64,000 nt of DNA from NCBI GenBank assembly GCA_044226015.1, contig JBGAHS010000002.1, positions 657,571-721,570 on the forward strand, read 5' to 3'. Made by a program: the position numbers and the translations under genes. Source of the DNA: Candidatus Obscuribacteraceae bacterium. Lineage in GTDB: Bacteria > Cyanobacteriota > Vampirovibrionia > Obscuribacterales > Obscuribacteraceae. Of this stretch, positions 22,374 through 32,071 are shown piece after piece (the stretch's first letter is position 1; the number at the start of each line of letters is the position of its first letter). Under the pieces are notes generated by a model. The model ran no database searches and was not told the DNA's origin. It worked only from the letters and a program-made list of their open reading frames with translations.

Positions 22374-23525
22374 TTACCGATCATTGCTTGCAGCTGCAGC
22401 CGATGCCGCAAGCAACTCGCGCTCATACTTAGACACGCACTCAGACCTTATTTCGCGAGCACGAAAATCTAGCTTATTCGCCAGCGCAATGCGCTTCGTT
22501 TTGCGCAAAATAGTTGCATAAGTTTCAACACAAGCCGCGACAGACGGATGATTGCTTCCGAATAGCTTGACTCGTGTTTTCATCGCAATCTTCACTAGTG
22601 GCTCAGCATCGGCATACTTCCGCAAACCAAGGTACATATTGCCCAGGTTCATAGTTAAACCAGAGAAGTCCTCATCGGAGGTTGCGTTGTTCAATTCCTT
22701 AATTGCAATGGCTCTCTTGTAAATCGACTCAGCCTGCTTGAACTTCTTTTGCCCCCGCATGAATTCGGCAAGCTTTGACAGAACGCGCGCTGCCACGGGA
22801 TTTTGAGGCCAATACATGTCTTCGCTTTCGATCATGGTGCAGGCGACTAATTCAAGTGCCTCAACCTTACGGTCTTGTGCAAAATAGAGATTGATTATCT
22901 CTGACAAGCTCAAATAGTCGACAGTGTAACCAATCGCGCACTTGTCTTTGATTATGGCAGCAGCCTTCTCGGCATATGACTTGGACGCATCCATATCACC
23001 TTTTGCATCGCAGACCACTGCAAGCGCAATCAATGAATAGCCAGCCTGATAACTATTAGCCGGGTGCTTCGCCTGAAACACCGATAGCAGTTTCTGCAAA
23101 GCAGTTTCCGCTTTATCCAATTGCACGATGTTGATGTAAAAATATACAAGACTGCGAATTGCCTGAACAATGCCGTCCTCATTCGATTCTAAATCGTGAT
23201 TGACCGACTCAAGCGCGTGCAGCAGCATGCTCTCCGCTTCGATATTTCTATCCTGCAGAAAAAACAACCAACCAAGCTTTTGCTTTGCCAACTTAATTTG
23301 CTCGTGGTTTGTTGGGTTTAACGCAGAAGCAATTGCCAATCCACGATTAAGCAAATCCTCAGCTCTGGCATAATTCTTCTCGGTCAGATGATACTGTGCG
23401 GCGGCATTCAGCGGCGTCAGCAATTCTGGGTTATCACGCCCGTGCATTTCTTCAGCACTTAGAAGATTTGCCTCCAGCATTTCCCCATCCGAATTATTTC
23501 CGTTACCTGCCTGCTGGTTCGCCAT
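22374..23525 (-). CDS. TPR protein
   Basis: Multiple TPRs (AESIYKRAIAI, FGSNHPSVA). Confidence 0.85.
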   Translation of the reverse strand: MANQQAGNGNNSDGEMLEANLLSAEEMHGRDNPELLTPLNAAAQYHLTEKNYARAEDLLNRGLAIASALNPTNHEQIKLAKQKLGWLFFLQDRNIEAESMLLHALESVNHDLESNEDGIVQAIRSLVYFYINIVQLDKAETALQKLLSVFQAKHPANSYQAGYSLIALAVVCDAKGDMDASKSYAEKAAAIIKDKCAIGYTVDYLSLSEIINLYFAQDRKVEALELVACTMIESEDMYWPQNPVAARVLSKLAEFMRGQKKFKQAESIYKRAIAIKELNNATSDEDFSGLTMNLGNMYLGLRKYADAEPLVKIAMKTRVKLFGSNHPSVAACVETYATILRKTKRIALANKLDFRAREIRSECVSKYERELLAASAAAASNDR

Positions 23526-23542
23526 AACATACTCCGCAATTG

Positions 23543-25240
23543 TTACTTGCTGTCTTCCGACTCTCTAACGCTAGTTTTTTCTTCAGCGATGGAACCATAA
23601 TATGCTGCCATCACGCGATTTTGTGCTTCCTTAATAGTGATTCCCATTCTCTGTGAAAATAGCGCAATATCTTCAAATTCCGGCTGGGCATTGATGAGAT
23701 TGCCAAGCTTATCGAAAGCCAGCTTCACCCTGACTTTCAGGTCATCTACTGTCAGTTCTTGCCAACGACGAGCAGCAAACAACCTGTTTTCTCGTCTTGA
23801 GCGAACGCCAATTGAAGTGGTCTCCCTGAGTATCATCTCCTGAAAGCGAGTCTCATCCTCAGGTCGGCATATTACGGTAAGCAGGTGTGCACTACGTGAT
23901 TTTTTCATCGTCACTGCTGTGGTAAACACATCGAGGGCACCCGCGGACAGAATTTTTTCTAGCGCGAATGAAATTGCTTGCGGCGATTGGTCGTCAACAT
24001 TGGCTTCGATTACGGAAATGACTTCCGACTCAAACGACACGGGCGCAAGGTCAGAAACGCTTTTCGAAGCGCCCCGCCCAATCAGGATGCGAACCACGTT
24101 CGGCCAGTCTTTAGGATCTTTAGTACCAGCACCATAGCCGGTGGCACCAATTTTGTCGAATGCGGGCGCCGAGCCCCAGCGCTCTGCAATTTCACAAAGA
24201 ATTGCGGCTCCGGTTGGAGTTAGGCATTCAAATGGAACAGCCAGCCCGCTGGTCAAAGCGCCTGCTTCATGCAATAGCTCGACAACGGCCGGAGCGGGAA
24301 TTGGAAAATTACCATGTTCGGTCTTTACCGTCCCGTTGCCCAGTGGAACTGCAGTACAAGTACTAGACTCGATTTCAGCGAGGTCATATGCAATGGCGAA
24401 TCCAACTATATCTACAATTGCATCAATCGCGCCCACTTCATGAAAATGAACCTCCTCGATTGAGACCGCGTGTACACGGGCTTCAGCCCTGCCTAGCCTC
24501 TGAAAAATATTCGTTGCAAGCTGCTTGGCTCTGGATGAAATCCCCGAATTCTGAATTATCGCCGTGATTTCGCTAAGCCCTCTGTGGCTGTGCTGGTGCG
24601 AGCCCCCATGCCGGCGAGATACTCCATACCCGGGAGCGCTGCCATCCTGGCGGCTCCTAGCGTCTCCGTGATGCTCAAGGGATCCCTCGTGCCCGTGGTG
24701 CTCGTGGGATCCTTCATGCCCGTGGTGCTCGTGCGATCCGTCACGCCCGTGGTGCTCGTGCGATTCTTCAAGCCCATGGTGCTCGTGCGATCCGTCAAGC
24801 CCATGGTGCTCGAGCGATTCTTCAAGCCCGTGGAGCTCGTGCGATCCGTCACGCCCGTGGTGCTCGTGCGATTCTTCAAGCCCATGGTGCTCGTGCGATC
24901 CGTCACGCCCGTGGTGCTCGTGGGATCCGTCACGCCCGTGATGCTCGTGGGATCCGTCAACCCCGTGGTGCTCGTGGGATCCGTCACCCCCGTGGTGCTC
25001 GTGCGATCCTTCGGGACTGGGAGCGCCGCCATCCTGGCATTCACTCACATGAATCTTCAGCGCACCAAGCCCGCATCTGCGCACTCTTTCAACACTAAAA
25101 GAAAAATACTCAGACAGCTTCAATTTGGACAGCTCGCAAAGAAAAGCGTCGCGATCAACGCCTGCATCCAGCAAGGCTGCAAGCAACATGTCGCCCGCCG
25201 CGCCGAATTGGCAATCAAAGTGAGCTAGCTTAGAACTCAT
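23543..25240 (-). CDS. larC: Nickel-pincer cofactor nickel insertase LarC (single fused ORF)
   Basis: GAAGDMLLAAL, HFHEVGAIDAIVD, TPTGAA, IEANVDD, MKKSR, ETTSIGVR and PEFED motifs. Confidence 0.93.
   Translation of the reverse strand: MSSKLAHFDCQFGAAGDMLLAALLDAGVDRDAFLCELSKLKLSEYFSFSVERVRRCGLGALKIHVSECQDGGAPSPEGSHEHHGGDGSHEHHGVDGSHEHHGRDGSHEHHGRDGSHEHHGLEESHEHHGRDGSHELHGLEESLEHHGLDGSHEHHGLEESHEHHGRDGSHEHHGHEGSHEHHGHEGSLEHHGDARSRQDGSAPGYGVSRRHGGSHQHSHRGLSEITAIIQNSGISSRAKQLATNIFQRLGRAEARVHAVSIEEVHFHEVGAIDAIVDIVGFAIAYDLAEIESSTCTAVPLGNGTVKTEHGNFPIPAPAVVELLHEAGALTSGLAVPFECLTPTGAAILCEIAERWGSAPAFDKIGATGYGAGTKDPKDWPNVVRILIGRGASKSVSDLAPVSFESEVISVIEANVDDQSPQAISFALEKILSAGALDVFTTAVTMKKSRSAHLLTVICRPEDETRFQEMILRETTSIGVRSRRENRLFAARRWQELTVDDLKVRVKLAFDKLGNLINAQPEFEDIALFSQRMGITIKEAQNRVMAAYYGSIAEEKTSVRESEDSK
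24660..25010 (-). repeat. 27-bp coding repeat, 13 x (G/E)SHEHHGxx
   Basis: Units counted directly in the LarC translation. Confidence 0.95.
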
Positions 25241-25884
25241 TTGTGATGATTTTTAATTAGAGGCAGAGTAATATCAGGAATTTTGGTATCACCTGTGATG
25301 GTGATTTCGTGATGATAAACCGGAGCCAGATTCGAATACACATCATTCTTTATCTGCATTATCTTCTTGCCCGGGGTCAGCAAAACTTCATAATCACCGT
25401 CACCATCTGTGGTTGCAACACCGCCACCATGCACAACGTGTGAAGTTCCACCCTCATCTCTGCCGACGAACCTTACCTCAAGCCCTTTGACACCGCTGCC
25501 TTCTGCCATTACACGTCCGGAAACCTTGAAGCCTTTATGCAATTGAACTATAAAGTGCTTAGATTGCTCGCCAGAAACATGTGCATAGTGAGCGCGGCTG
25601 TAGCCAGAGCGCGGGTTAGGAATAACATCAAAGGAAAGCGTGTTGCAGGGCTCGTGCTCGACTTCAAAATTGCCTTTGCCGTCTGACTTGCCCGACGAAT
25701 CTTCCTGCTTATCCTCATCATGAACAACAATTTTCACGCCACCAACTGGCTTACCTTCCGCATCCATGACTTTGCCCTTTAAGAAAGCCGAGTCGGCATT
25801 TGCGGCAGGTGACATCATAACTAAACAGATTGTTAGTGCTGAAATAAGAAAGCGCATGAACCACCTTTTGCTCGATGCGTTCAA
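25237..25884 (-). CDS. Secreted carboxypeptidase-regulatory-like domain protein
   Basis: Signal peptide; two GxVxDxxGxPV..TDxxGxF/Y beta-sandwich repeats; ATGA overlap with larC. Confidence 0.8.
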   Translation of the reverse strand: MNASSKRWFMRFLISALTICLVMMSPAANADSAFLKGKVMDAEGKPVGGVKIVVHDEDKQEDSSGKSDGKGNFEVEHEPCNTLSFDVIPNPRSGYSRAHYAHVSGEQSKHFIVQLHKGFKVSGRVMAEGSGVKGLEVRFVGRDEGGTSHVVHGGGVATTDGDGDYEVLLTPGKKIMQIKNDVYSNLAPVYHHEITITGDTKIPDITLPLIKNHHK

Positions 25885-25938
25885 TATACACTATGTGGGC
25901 AAGAAAAGCCTGTGCTGTCTATTTAGCACAAACAAAGT

Positions 25939-27039
25939 TCAACGGACTCCGGAGTGTCCTTGCATAGAAATGAAAACAAAACTCAAGATAGCGAGAACCA
26001 AAATAGCGACAACGCCAACTGCAACTTTAACTTTCGGAGAAAGCCCATGTTTCGATTCATCCATCATATTGCGCATTTTTGCATGCTCAGGCGCGGGGGC
26101 AGTTTCACCCTTGTTCTGGTTAGCCGTGGGGTCTAGCAGTGCTGCAATTTCCGCCGAAGCTCTCAATTCATGAGTTTTCAACTTCGCAAGCGCCTCTGAC
26201 AGCTCATCTGCCGTTTGATAGCGCTTCTTCGGGTCTTTCGATAAACACTTCAGAACCAACTGCTGCAAAGCAGGCACCACAGCTGTTTTCTCATCGAACA
26301 CCGGCGCATTGTGCACGTGCTTCTGCATTACTTCAATCGGATTTTTGCCCAGGAAAACAGGGCTTCCAGTCAGAACCTCATGCATCACAACCCCTAGCGA
26401 ATAAATATCAGTTCTGCAATCGAGATCTTTAGCCATGCACTGCTCTGGACTCATGTAGAAAGGACTACCAACGACTTCACCTGTAACCGTGATGCGCGAC
26501 TCTTCATGATTGTCACCAGGCATGAGCTTCGCCATGCCGAAATCCAAGACTTTCGCGACATCGCTTCCATCTGGCAGTGTCTTGATCAGAATATTGGCGG
26601 GCTTCAAATCGCGGTGCAGAACACCATTCTTGTGCGCATGTGAAAGCCCAGCGCAGACCTGCTGAAAAATATCAAAAAAGCGAACCCGACTTATGCCATG
26701 CGCTGTTTTCAGCTCGTCGGCAAGCGAACGCCCCTGAAAATACTCCATAGCAATGTAAGGAACCCCATCGGGAGTTAAGCCATAGTCGTGAATGCCAATA
26801 ATATTAGGATGTTCGAGCAAACTTGAGGCCTGTGCTTCGAGCTTGAAGCGCTTCAAATTAGTCTCTGAAATCTTCTGCGGATGCACAAACTTCAAGGCGA
26901 AGGTCTTGTTCATCACCGCATGCTTTGCGAGATAAACTCTTCCAATCGCACCAAAACCAAGCAGGGAGATGATTTCGTAGCGATTGTCTACAACCGTGCC
27001 GGGTTGGAACTCTAATACTAGGTCGTCCTTTTTTGGCAA
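25939..27039 (-). CDS. Hanks-type Ser/Thr protein kinase with C-terminal TM
   Basis: HRDLKPAN, DFG, GSPFYMSPEQ, DIYSLG. Confidence 0.95.
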   Translation of the reverse strand: MPKKDDLVLEFQPGTVVDNRYEIISLLGFGAIGRVYLAKHAVMNKTFALKFVHPQKISETNLKRFKLEAQASSLLEHPNIIGIHDYGLTPDGVPYIAMEYFQGRSLADELKTAHGISRVRFFDIFQQVCAGLSHAHKNGVLHRDLKPANILIKTLPDGSDVAKVLDFGMAKLMPGDNHEESRITVTGEVVGSPFYMSPEQCMAKDLDCRTDIYSLGVVMHEVLTGSPVFLGKNPIEVMQKHVHNAPVFDEKTAVVPALQQLVLKCLSKDPKKRYQTADELSEALAKLKTHELRASAEIAALLDPTANQNKGETAPAPEHAKMRNMMDESKHGLSPKVKVAVGVVAILVLAILSFVFISMQGHSGVR

Positions 27040-27088
27040 GAGCCCCCCAAGCTCAGACTGCGATCATAGTTTACCCCGATATACCACG

Positions 27089-28150
27089 CTACGAACAGCA
27101 GTAGGCTAATGTTCGAGCAAAATCCTTAAACCCCTGGTGATTATTGTATTTCGAGTCTTCCCGCATCATTTCCTGGCAGACCCAATCTAACATCAACACG
27201 ATCATAAACTCGCTAAACTGGCTCAAAACTTCCATCGATTTCAGTGTGCTGCTGGTGCTTCCATAGCCCTCAAGGAACGAAGTCATGCGCCGTTGGTTGA
27301 AGAGCTCGCGGCGCTCTTGCCCCTCACGAACAGGCTGAAGACAAAACACGAAAAGCGCGTAAGCCAGGTCGTAGACTGCACCTCCGACGGAAGCATAGTC
27401 CCAATCGATGACACAGGTGATACTTGTGTCAGTTGCCAGAACGTTCTCGCAGTGGAAATCGCCGTGATTAATGGTTGTTCGAGATTTCTTGTCAGCCTCA
27501 ATCAAATCGGCGGCAAGAAACTCTGACTGCTCAACTGTGCGACTAAAGTCTATCGCCTTCAGAAGCTCTATTTCCGCCGCTAACGGCGAATCACTCGCGA
27601 ATTTGTAGCCAGAAAACTCACGGGCTGTATGGTCGAGTCGCCCAGGCATAGTACCGATAATTTGGGCGGTTCGAACAAATGCCCTCAGACCAGAATTACG
27701 TCGCACCAATTGCGACCCAGCATAATGAAGCCTGCCCAGCGTGGAACCAGCCGAGTAACAGAGGCGCGACGGACAATCAAAGTTCAGCCAATCGTAGCGG
27801 TCGCGACTCTCAACAAAATTCTGGCACGACCAGATGTGGCGCAAAAGCAGCATACAAGAGCCTTCACTGGAAACGTGAAACTCCGGCACATTTGCAAAAC
27901 CATTTCTAGCTAGATTGTCGCAAAGCCATCGCTGCAAGTCAGCATTGGCGCACGGTTCTGAGAGGCTGTTCTCGGCCGTGCGCTTCAAAAACAAACGCAC
28001 AGACTCACCTGCGCGCGTAGCTCGCACACAAAATGTAGAGAGAGATTCGTCAACTGGAGTCACCGCAGAAGCTTCAAAGCCAAACAACCCAGCCGCTTCC
28101 TTTGCTTCCTCAATTATTTCCGTCTTAAATGTTCGCTCTGAATTTGTCAT
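27089..28150 (-). CDS. APH/homoserine kinase type II-like phosphotransferase
   Basis: HGDFHCEN Brenner motif, VIDWD, YDLA. Confidence 0.8.
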   Translation of the reverse strand: MTNSERTFKTEIIEEAKEAAGLFGFEASAVTPVDESLSTFCVRATRAGESVRLFLKRTAENSLSEPCANADLQRWLCDNLARNGFANVPEFHVSSEGSCMLLLRHIWSCQNFVESRDRYDWLNFDCPSRLCYSAGSTLGRLHYAGSQLVRRNSGLRAFVRTAQIIGTMPGRLDHTAREFSGYKFASDSPLAAEIELLKAIDFSRTVEQSEFLAADLIEADKKSRTTINHGDFHCENVLATDTSITCVIDWDYASVGGAVYDLAYALFVFCLQPVREGQERRELFNQRRMTSFLEGYGSTSSTLKSMEVLSQFSEFMIVLMLDWVCQEMMREDSKYNNHQGFKDFARTLAYCCS

Positions 28151-28336
28151 CTTCTCGCCTGCTCGACAGGCAGATTGTAGCGCCTCTGCACCATATGGCG
28201 TGGCAGTTTTGGCATTTCGCAACATGCGAAAACGATAAGTCGACCGGAATAACGCTTTGCCGTAGAATAGGACTTGATAAGTCGCCGCCGGCTTCGACCA
28301 TAAGAAGCTTGCGACTTTTGTCTCTCTGAGGAAACA

Positions 28337-29449
28337 ATGGTCAAAATCGGTAACTTCGAGCTGAAAAGCCGTGTATACGTGCCACCTATGGCTGGTGTCA
28401 CCGACATCGTCTTTCGCAACATCGTTCGACAGGTCGACCCGAACTGCCTATTGTCGACAGAGATGGTTTCAAGCAAAGGCTTGATGTACCGAAAAGACAC
28501 GCACATTATGGACCTTGACCCAGATGAACATCCGATTGGAATTCAAATTTTCGGTCACGAACCAGAAATCATGGCGCAGGCAGCACAGATGGCAGAGGCT
28601 CGCGGAGCTGATTTCATCGACATTAACATGGGCTGCCCCGTTCCAAAAATAGTTAAAGGCAAGGACGGGTGCGCCCTCATGCGCGAGCCAGAGCTTGCGC
28701 GAGAAATCATCAGAACTGTCAAAGCATCGGTGAAAGTGCCTGTCACCGTGAAATTTCGCCTGGGCTGGGACGACACTTCAAGAAATGCAGTGGAGTTTGG
28801 CGAAATGGCGGAGGACTCAGGCGCCTCACTGGTAACGGTTCATGGCAGAACTCGTGCACAGCTCTATGCAGGAAAAGCCGATTGGTCGTTCATAGCAAAA
28901 GTGAAGAAAGCGCTCTCCATTCCTGTGTTTGGAAATGGTGATGTTTTTGAAGCGGACGACGCACTTAAGCTGCTGGAAATAACAGACTGCGACGGAGTTG
29001 CCGTTGCCCGGGGCTCGCTGGGCAATCCCTGGCTTATTCCTCGCATCACAAAATATCTTGATAGGGGAGTTCTTGATGCGCCTCCCGACGATGTAGAACG
29101 CCTGGTAATTGCGTTCAACCATTGCGTTGGACTAGTGAAGTACAAAGGGCTGAGAGTTGGAACGAGCGAAAGCCGGCGCCACATGACTCATTACACAAAG
29201 GGAATCACTGGCGGAGCGCCCTTCCGCAATCGCCTCACACAAATAAACAGCGTGGAAGACTGCTTGAATGTGCTAGCAGATCTCGCAGAGCATGTTGGCG
29301 GACCATCAGCCAGAGAGCGCTTCTTACTTACAGTAGAGGGCACATATCTCGAATATTGCAAACATCCAGGCGAACGGGCAGGCGATCGTAAAAACTGTGT
29401 CCAGACCCCAGTTGATGTCGATGCCATCACGCCAGTCGCAGTACCATAG
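28337..29449 (+). CDS. dusB: tRNA-dihydrouridine synthase B
   Basis: PMAGVTD, IDINMGCP, VHGRTRAQ, GNGDV. Confidence 0.93.
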   Translation: MVKIGNFELKSRVYVPPMAGVTDIVFRNIVRQVDPNCLLSTEMVSSKGLMYRKDTHIMDLDPDEHPIGIQIFGHEPEIMAQAAQMAEARGADFIDINMGCPVPKIVKGKDGCALMREPELAREIIRTVKASVKVPVTVKFRLGWDDTSRNAVEFGEMAEDSGASLVTVHGRTRAQLYAGKADWSFIAKVKKALSIPVFGNGDVFEADDALKLLEITDCDGVAVARGSLGNPWLIPRITKYLDRGVLDAPPDDVERLVIAFNHCVGLVKYKGLRVGTSESRRHMTHYTKGITGGAPFRNRLTQINSVEDCLNVLADLAEHVGGPSARERFLLTVEGTYLEYCKHPGERAGDRKNCVQTPVDVDAITPVAVP

Positions 29450-29704
29450 AATTGCGTTTACGAATGGAGTCATGGTCCAACCCATGATGCCTGCCATCGC
29501 TGCGAATATGAGTAGAATTGCCCAAAAATCCATCTGCCAGTACCGCGTGAATGCCTCAGTGACGCAATAATAGGCGTGAACGCTGTGGAGTGCAATGATC
29601 CAAACCCCATAGCTAAGAGGATTTAAGCCATTTTCAGTGGTGGAATTCCCACTCCGTTTCACACAAATATTGCGCAGCTCGAAAACAACGACAAGCAAGT
29701 CACT

Positions 29705-29732
29705 TTGAAAAATCGAAAGAGACTACTATAAT
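29705..29732 (+). promoter_or_regulatory. Putative sigma70 promoter
   Basis: TTGAAA-N16-TATAAT about 40 bp upstream of ATG 29775. Confidence 0.5.
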
Positions 29733-29774
29733 CTGCAAACACTCGACATGATTGTCAACAGCTTGGAGCAAATA

Positions 29775-30179
29775 ATGAAATCGAAAAATGCCCTCCTAAA
29801 AGCAACTGGAATAGCTTCATTCGCAGCGCTATTTATCGCTTTCCCTGCTCTAGCTCAATACCAGAAAGGACAAGTTGTCGATTACAAGGAAGGCGAATAT
29901 TCCCCATGGCAAACCGGAACCGTTGAAGAAATGACGCCAAGTGGCAAGCAGGTGATAGTCAGGTCAAAACCCAGAGAATTCTACCCAAATGGTGACACGC
30001 GGGCTATCGATCTCGACAAAATTCGCCCATCAACTGGCGGCGCGCCAAATGCCGCAGCGCAGCACCAGCAGGCGTCCGCGAATACGCAGGACGGCACTAA
30101 TTTTCGACCATTCAGTAGGTGCTCGAAAAATCGAGCTTATTTCCTGCCTTTTGCGATTAAAGAGCGACAATTCAATTAA
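29775..30179 (+). CDS. Secreted SH3/Agenet-like small protein, possibly C-terminally truncated
   Basis: Signal peptide (FPALA), YQKGQVVD..WQTGTV..IRP pattern; composition changes after linker. Confidence 0.6.
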   Translation: MKSKNALLKATGIASFAALFIAFPALAQYQKGQVVDYKEGEYSPWQTGTVEEMTPSGKQVIVRSKPREFYPNGDTRAIDLDKIRPSTGGAPNAAAQHQQASANTQDGTNFRPFSRCSKNRAYFLPFAIKERQFN

Positions 30180-30193
30180 CAGAAAACGCGCAA

Positions 30194-31012
30194 CTATTGA
30201 AAATTGTGCAAGATGACGTATTGCTTGCGGGCTTCAAACCCGTCAGATGTCCATTTATGAGCATACGCGGCGAGGGCTTTTGCACCTTCCGGAAATTCGT
30301 TACCGTTTACTCTGCAGTCTGCATCTACGTCTCCATCAGCATTCGTAGCGAACATTCTGATACCGACGAAACCTTCAGACTCAATCAAAGGCTTGAAGAC
30401 ATCCATTGACTCGGTGAGGAAACAACAAGGGCAAAAGCTGTCTGCGTGCCCATCCTCATCATCCTCATCGGCACTATGAGGCTGCTGCAAAGCTTCAAGT
30501 TGATCTTCGGCATAATCGCTTATTTGCATTAGCGGTCCCAAAACGGCTCGCCTTCCTGGCTTATCGGAATCTGGTTCTCTAAAAACCAGGTACTGACACT
30601 CATTTGGTTCTGAACTCTGCACCTCAAGCAAGGTAGCGAAATCTGTTTCAATCCAGCTAACAAAGCCATTCTCGAACGCTTCGAGCGGGCTGCTGCCAAA
30701 ATCATGCTGGTACTCAAAAACACCTTCTGGAATGTAAATTGGATGGTTGACCTGAACTGTGCTGACTATCTGCACGCCTTCATCGGAGACTTGCGCATCA
30801 ACAAATTGCGGACTGATTAAGTAACCGCTGTTCGTATGCACAAGAAAACTGTCATGACTTACTACATCATGCCCGTATTCGTTGAGGAGACGCCTCATCA
30901 GGTCCACCAGGTCCAGGTTTTCGACCTGCTGATTGCCCTTCTCGTCCTCAAAGCCAATTTCCAGGTCAAAACCGGAACCGGGATTGCTCTCGATCAGAGT
31001 AGGTTGTTGCAT
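30194..31012 (-). CDS. Acidic hypothetical protein (DUF6348-like)
   Basis: FCPCCFLT and ADCRVNG motifs; family assignment from memory. Confidence 0.6.
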   Translation of the reverse strand: MQQPTLIESNPGSGFDLEIGFEDEKGNQQVENLDLVDLMRRLLNEYGHDVVSHDSFLVHTNSGYLISPQFVDAQVSDEGVQIVSTVQVNHPIYIPEGVFEYQHDFGSSPLEAFENGFVSWIETDFATLLEVQSSEPNECQYLVFREPDSDKPGRRAVLGPLMQISDYAEDQLEALQQPHSADEDDEDGHADSFCPCCFLTESMDVFKPLIESEGFVGIRMFATNADGDVDADCRVNGNEFPEGAKALAAYAHKWTSDGFEARKQYVILHNFQ

Positions 31013-31030
31013 TTTAATGACCGTTCTAGT

Positions 31031-31252
31031 TTAGTAGACGCGGAAATCGCCAGGTCCAGATGTCGAAATCAGGATGGTTCCATCGCCTTCTGCTGCAACC
31101 ATTTGAAGCGCCTGAATTACAGGGTTGGTTGCTCTGGGCTGATCGCGTGTTTCAGACTTAATTTGCTTAGCGCGCTGCGCCACTTTCAAAACCAATTCAT
31201 AACGGTTGGTATGGCTGTCCAGTAATTGATCGAGAATGCGAGTAGTACTCAT
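31031..31252 (-). CDS. rpoZ: RNA polymerase omega subunit
   Basis: NRYELVLKVAQRAKQI..PVIQAL; ATGA overlap with gmk. Confidence 0.92.
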   Translation of the reverse strand: MSTTRILDQLLDSHTNRYELVLKVAQRAKQIKSETRDQPRATNPVIQALQMVAAEGDGTILISTSGPGDFRVY

Positions 31253-31914
31253 TGGCTACAATTTCCGCCGTGCTGTTTTCGTATACGACAACGTTCAGCA
31301 TACACGATATGCACCAAATTGGTAACTGCAACGTCTATATCGTCGTTAATAACTTCATAGTGGAAGAGGTTCTTCTCACGCAATTCGTCTTCAGCCTTGG
31401 CAAGACGGCGCTTAATCTTTTCCTCGCATTCGGTGGCCCGGCTCTCAAGGCGCTGGCGCAGCACTTCGAAGGAAGGTGGAGATATGAAAATCAGGAGAGA
31501 TTCAGCGCGCTTCCGCCGAATTTGATGAGCGCCCTGCACCTCAATTTCCAAGAGAACATCATTACCACGATTTAACTGTTCATCAACCCAGAAAAGCGGC
31601 GTTCCATAGCAGTTCCCCGCAAACTCCGCCCACTCAAGCAAATCAGGCTTCATTGCCTCAAAATCGTCACGGCTTCGATAGAAGTAGTCGACGCCTTCCT
31701 CTTCTCCCGGACGTTTGTCGCGCGTCGTCACCGACACTGATTTCACGAGACTGGGAACCTGCCCGAGCAATCGTTTGGTCAATGTACCCTTGCCAACCCC
31801 GGATGGACCAGTGAGCACGATCAGGTTGCCCTTTCGCAAAGGCACCGTTTTGTCAGAAAACGCTTCGAACCCTGACTCGCTCGCGGATGGCATTTTGTTT
31901 ATCTGTTTCACCAT
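31249..31914 (-). CDS. gmk: Guanylate kinase
   Basis: GPSGVGKGT, TTRDKRPGE, YGTP, LEIEVQG. Confidence 0.96.
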   Translation of the reverse strand: MVKQINKMPSASESGFEAFSDKTVPLRKGNLIVLTGPSGVGKGTLTKRLLGQVPSLVKSVSVTTRDKRPGEEEGVDYFYRSRDDFEAMKPDLLEWAEFAGNCYGTPLFWVDEQLNRGNDVLLEIEVQGAHQIRRKRAESLLIFISPPSFEVLRQRLESRATECEEKIKRRLAKAEDELREKNLFHYEVINDDIDVAVTNLVHIVYAERCRIRKQHGGNCSQ

Positions 31915-32071
31915 GGACCTAAACCAGATTACGTGAGCTGATGATTCAAAAGTAACTGATGCAAAGTTCTACGTAAAGGGTTGTCCATGAAATAAAGTGG
32001 AAATTCTTTCCAATTGTCCTGTTACTATTGCTTGTTTAGTTAGTGGTGGCGCTTCCAAACCGGATTTTTCG

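Noticed and set aside
23543..25240. Programmed frameshift in larC
   Set aside because: Both LarC halves are in one continuous frame here
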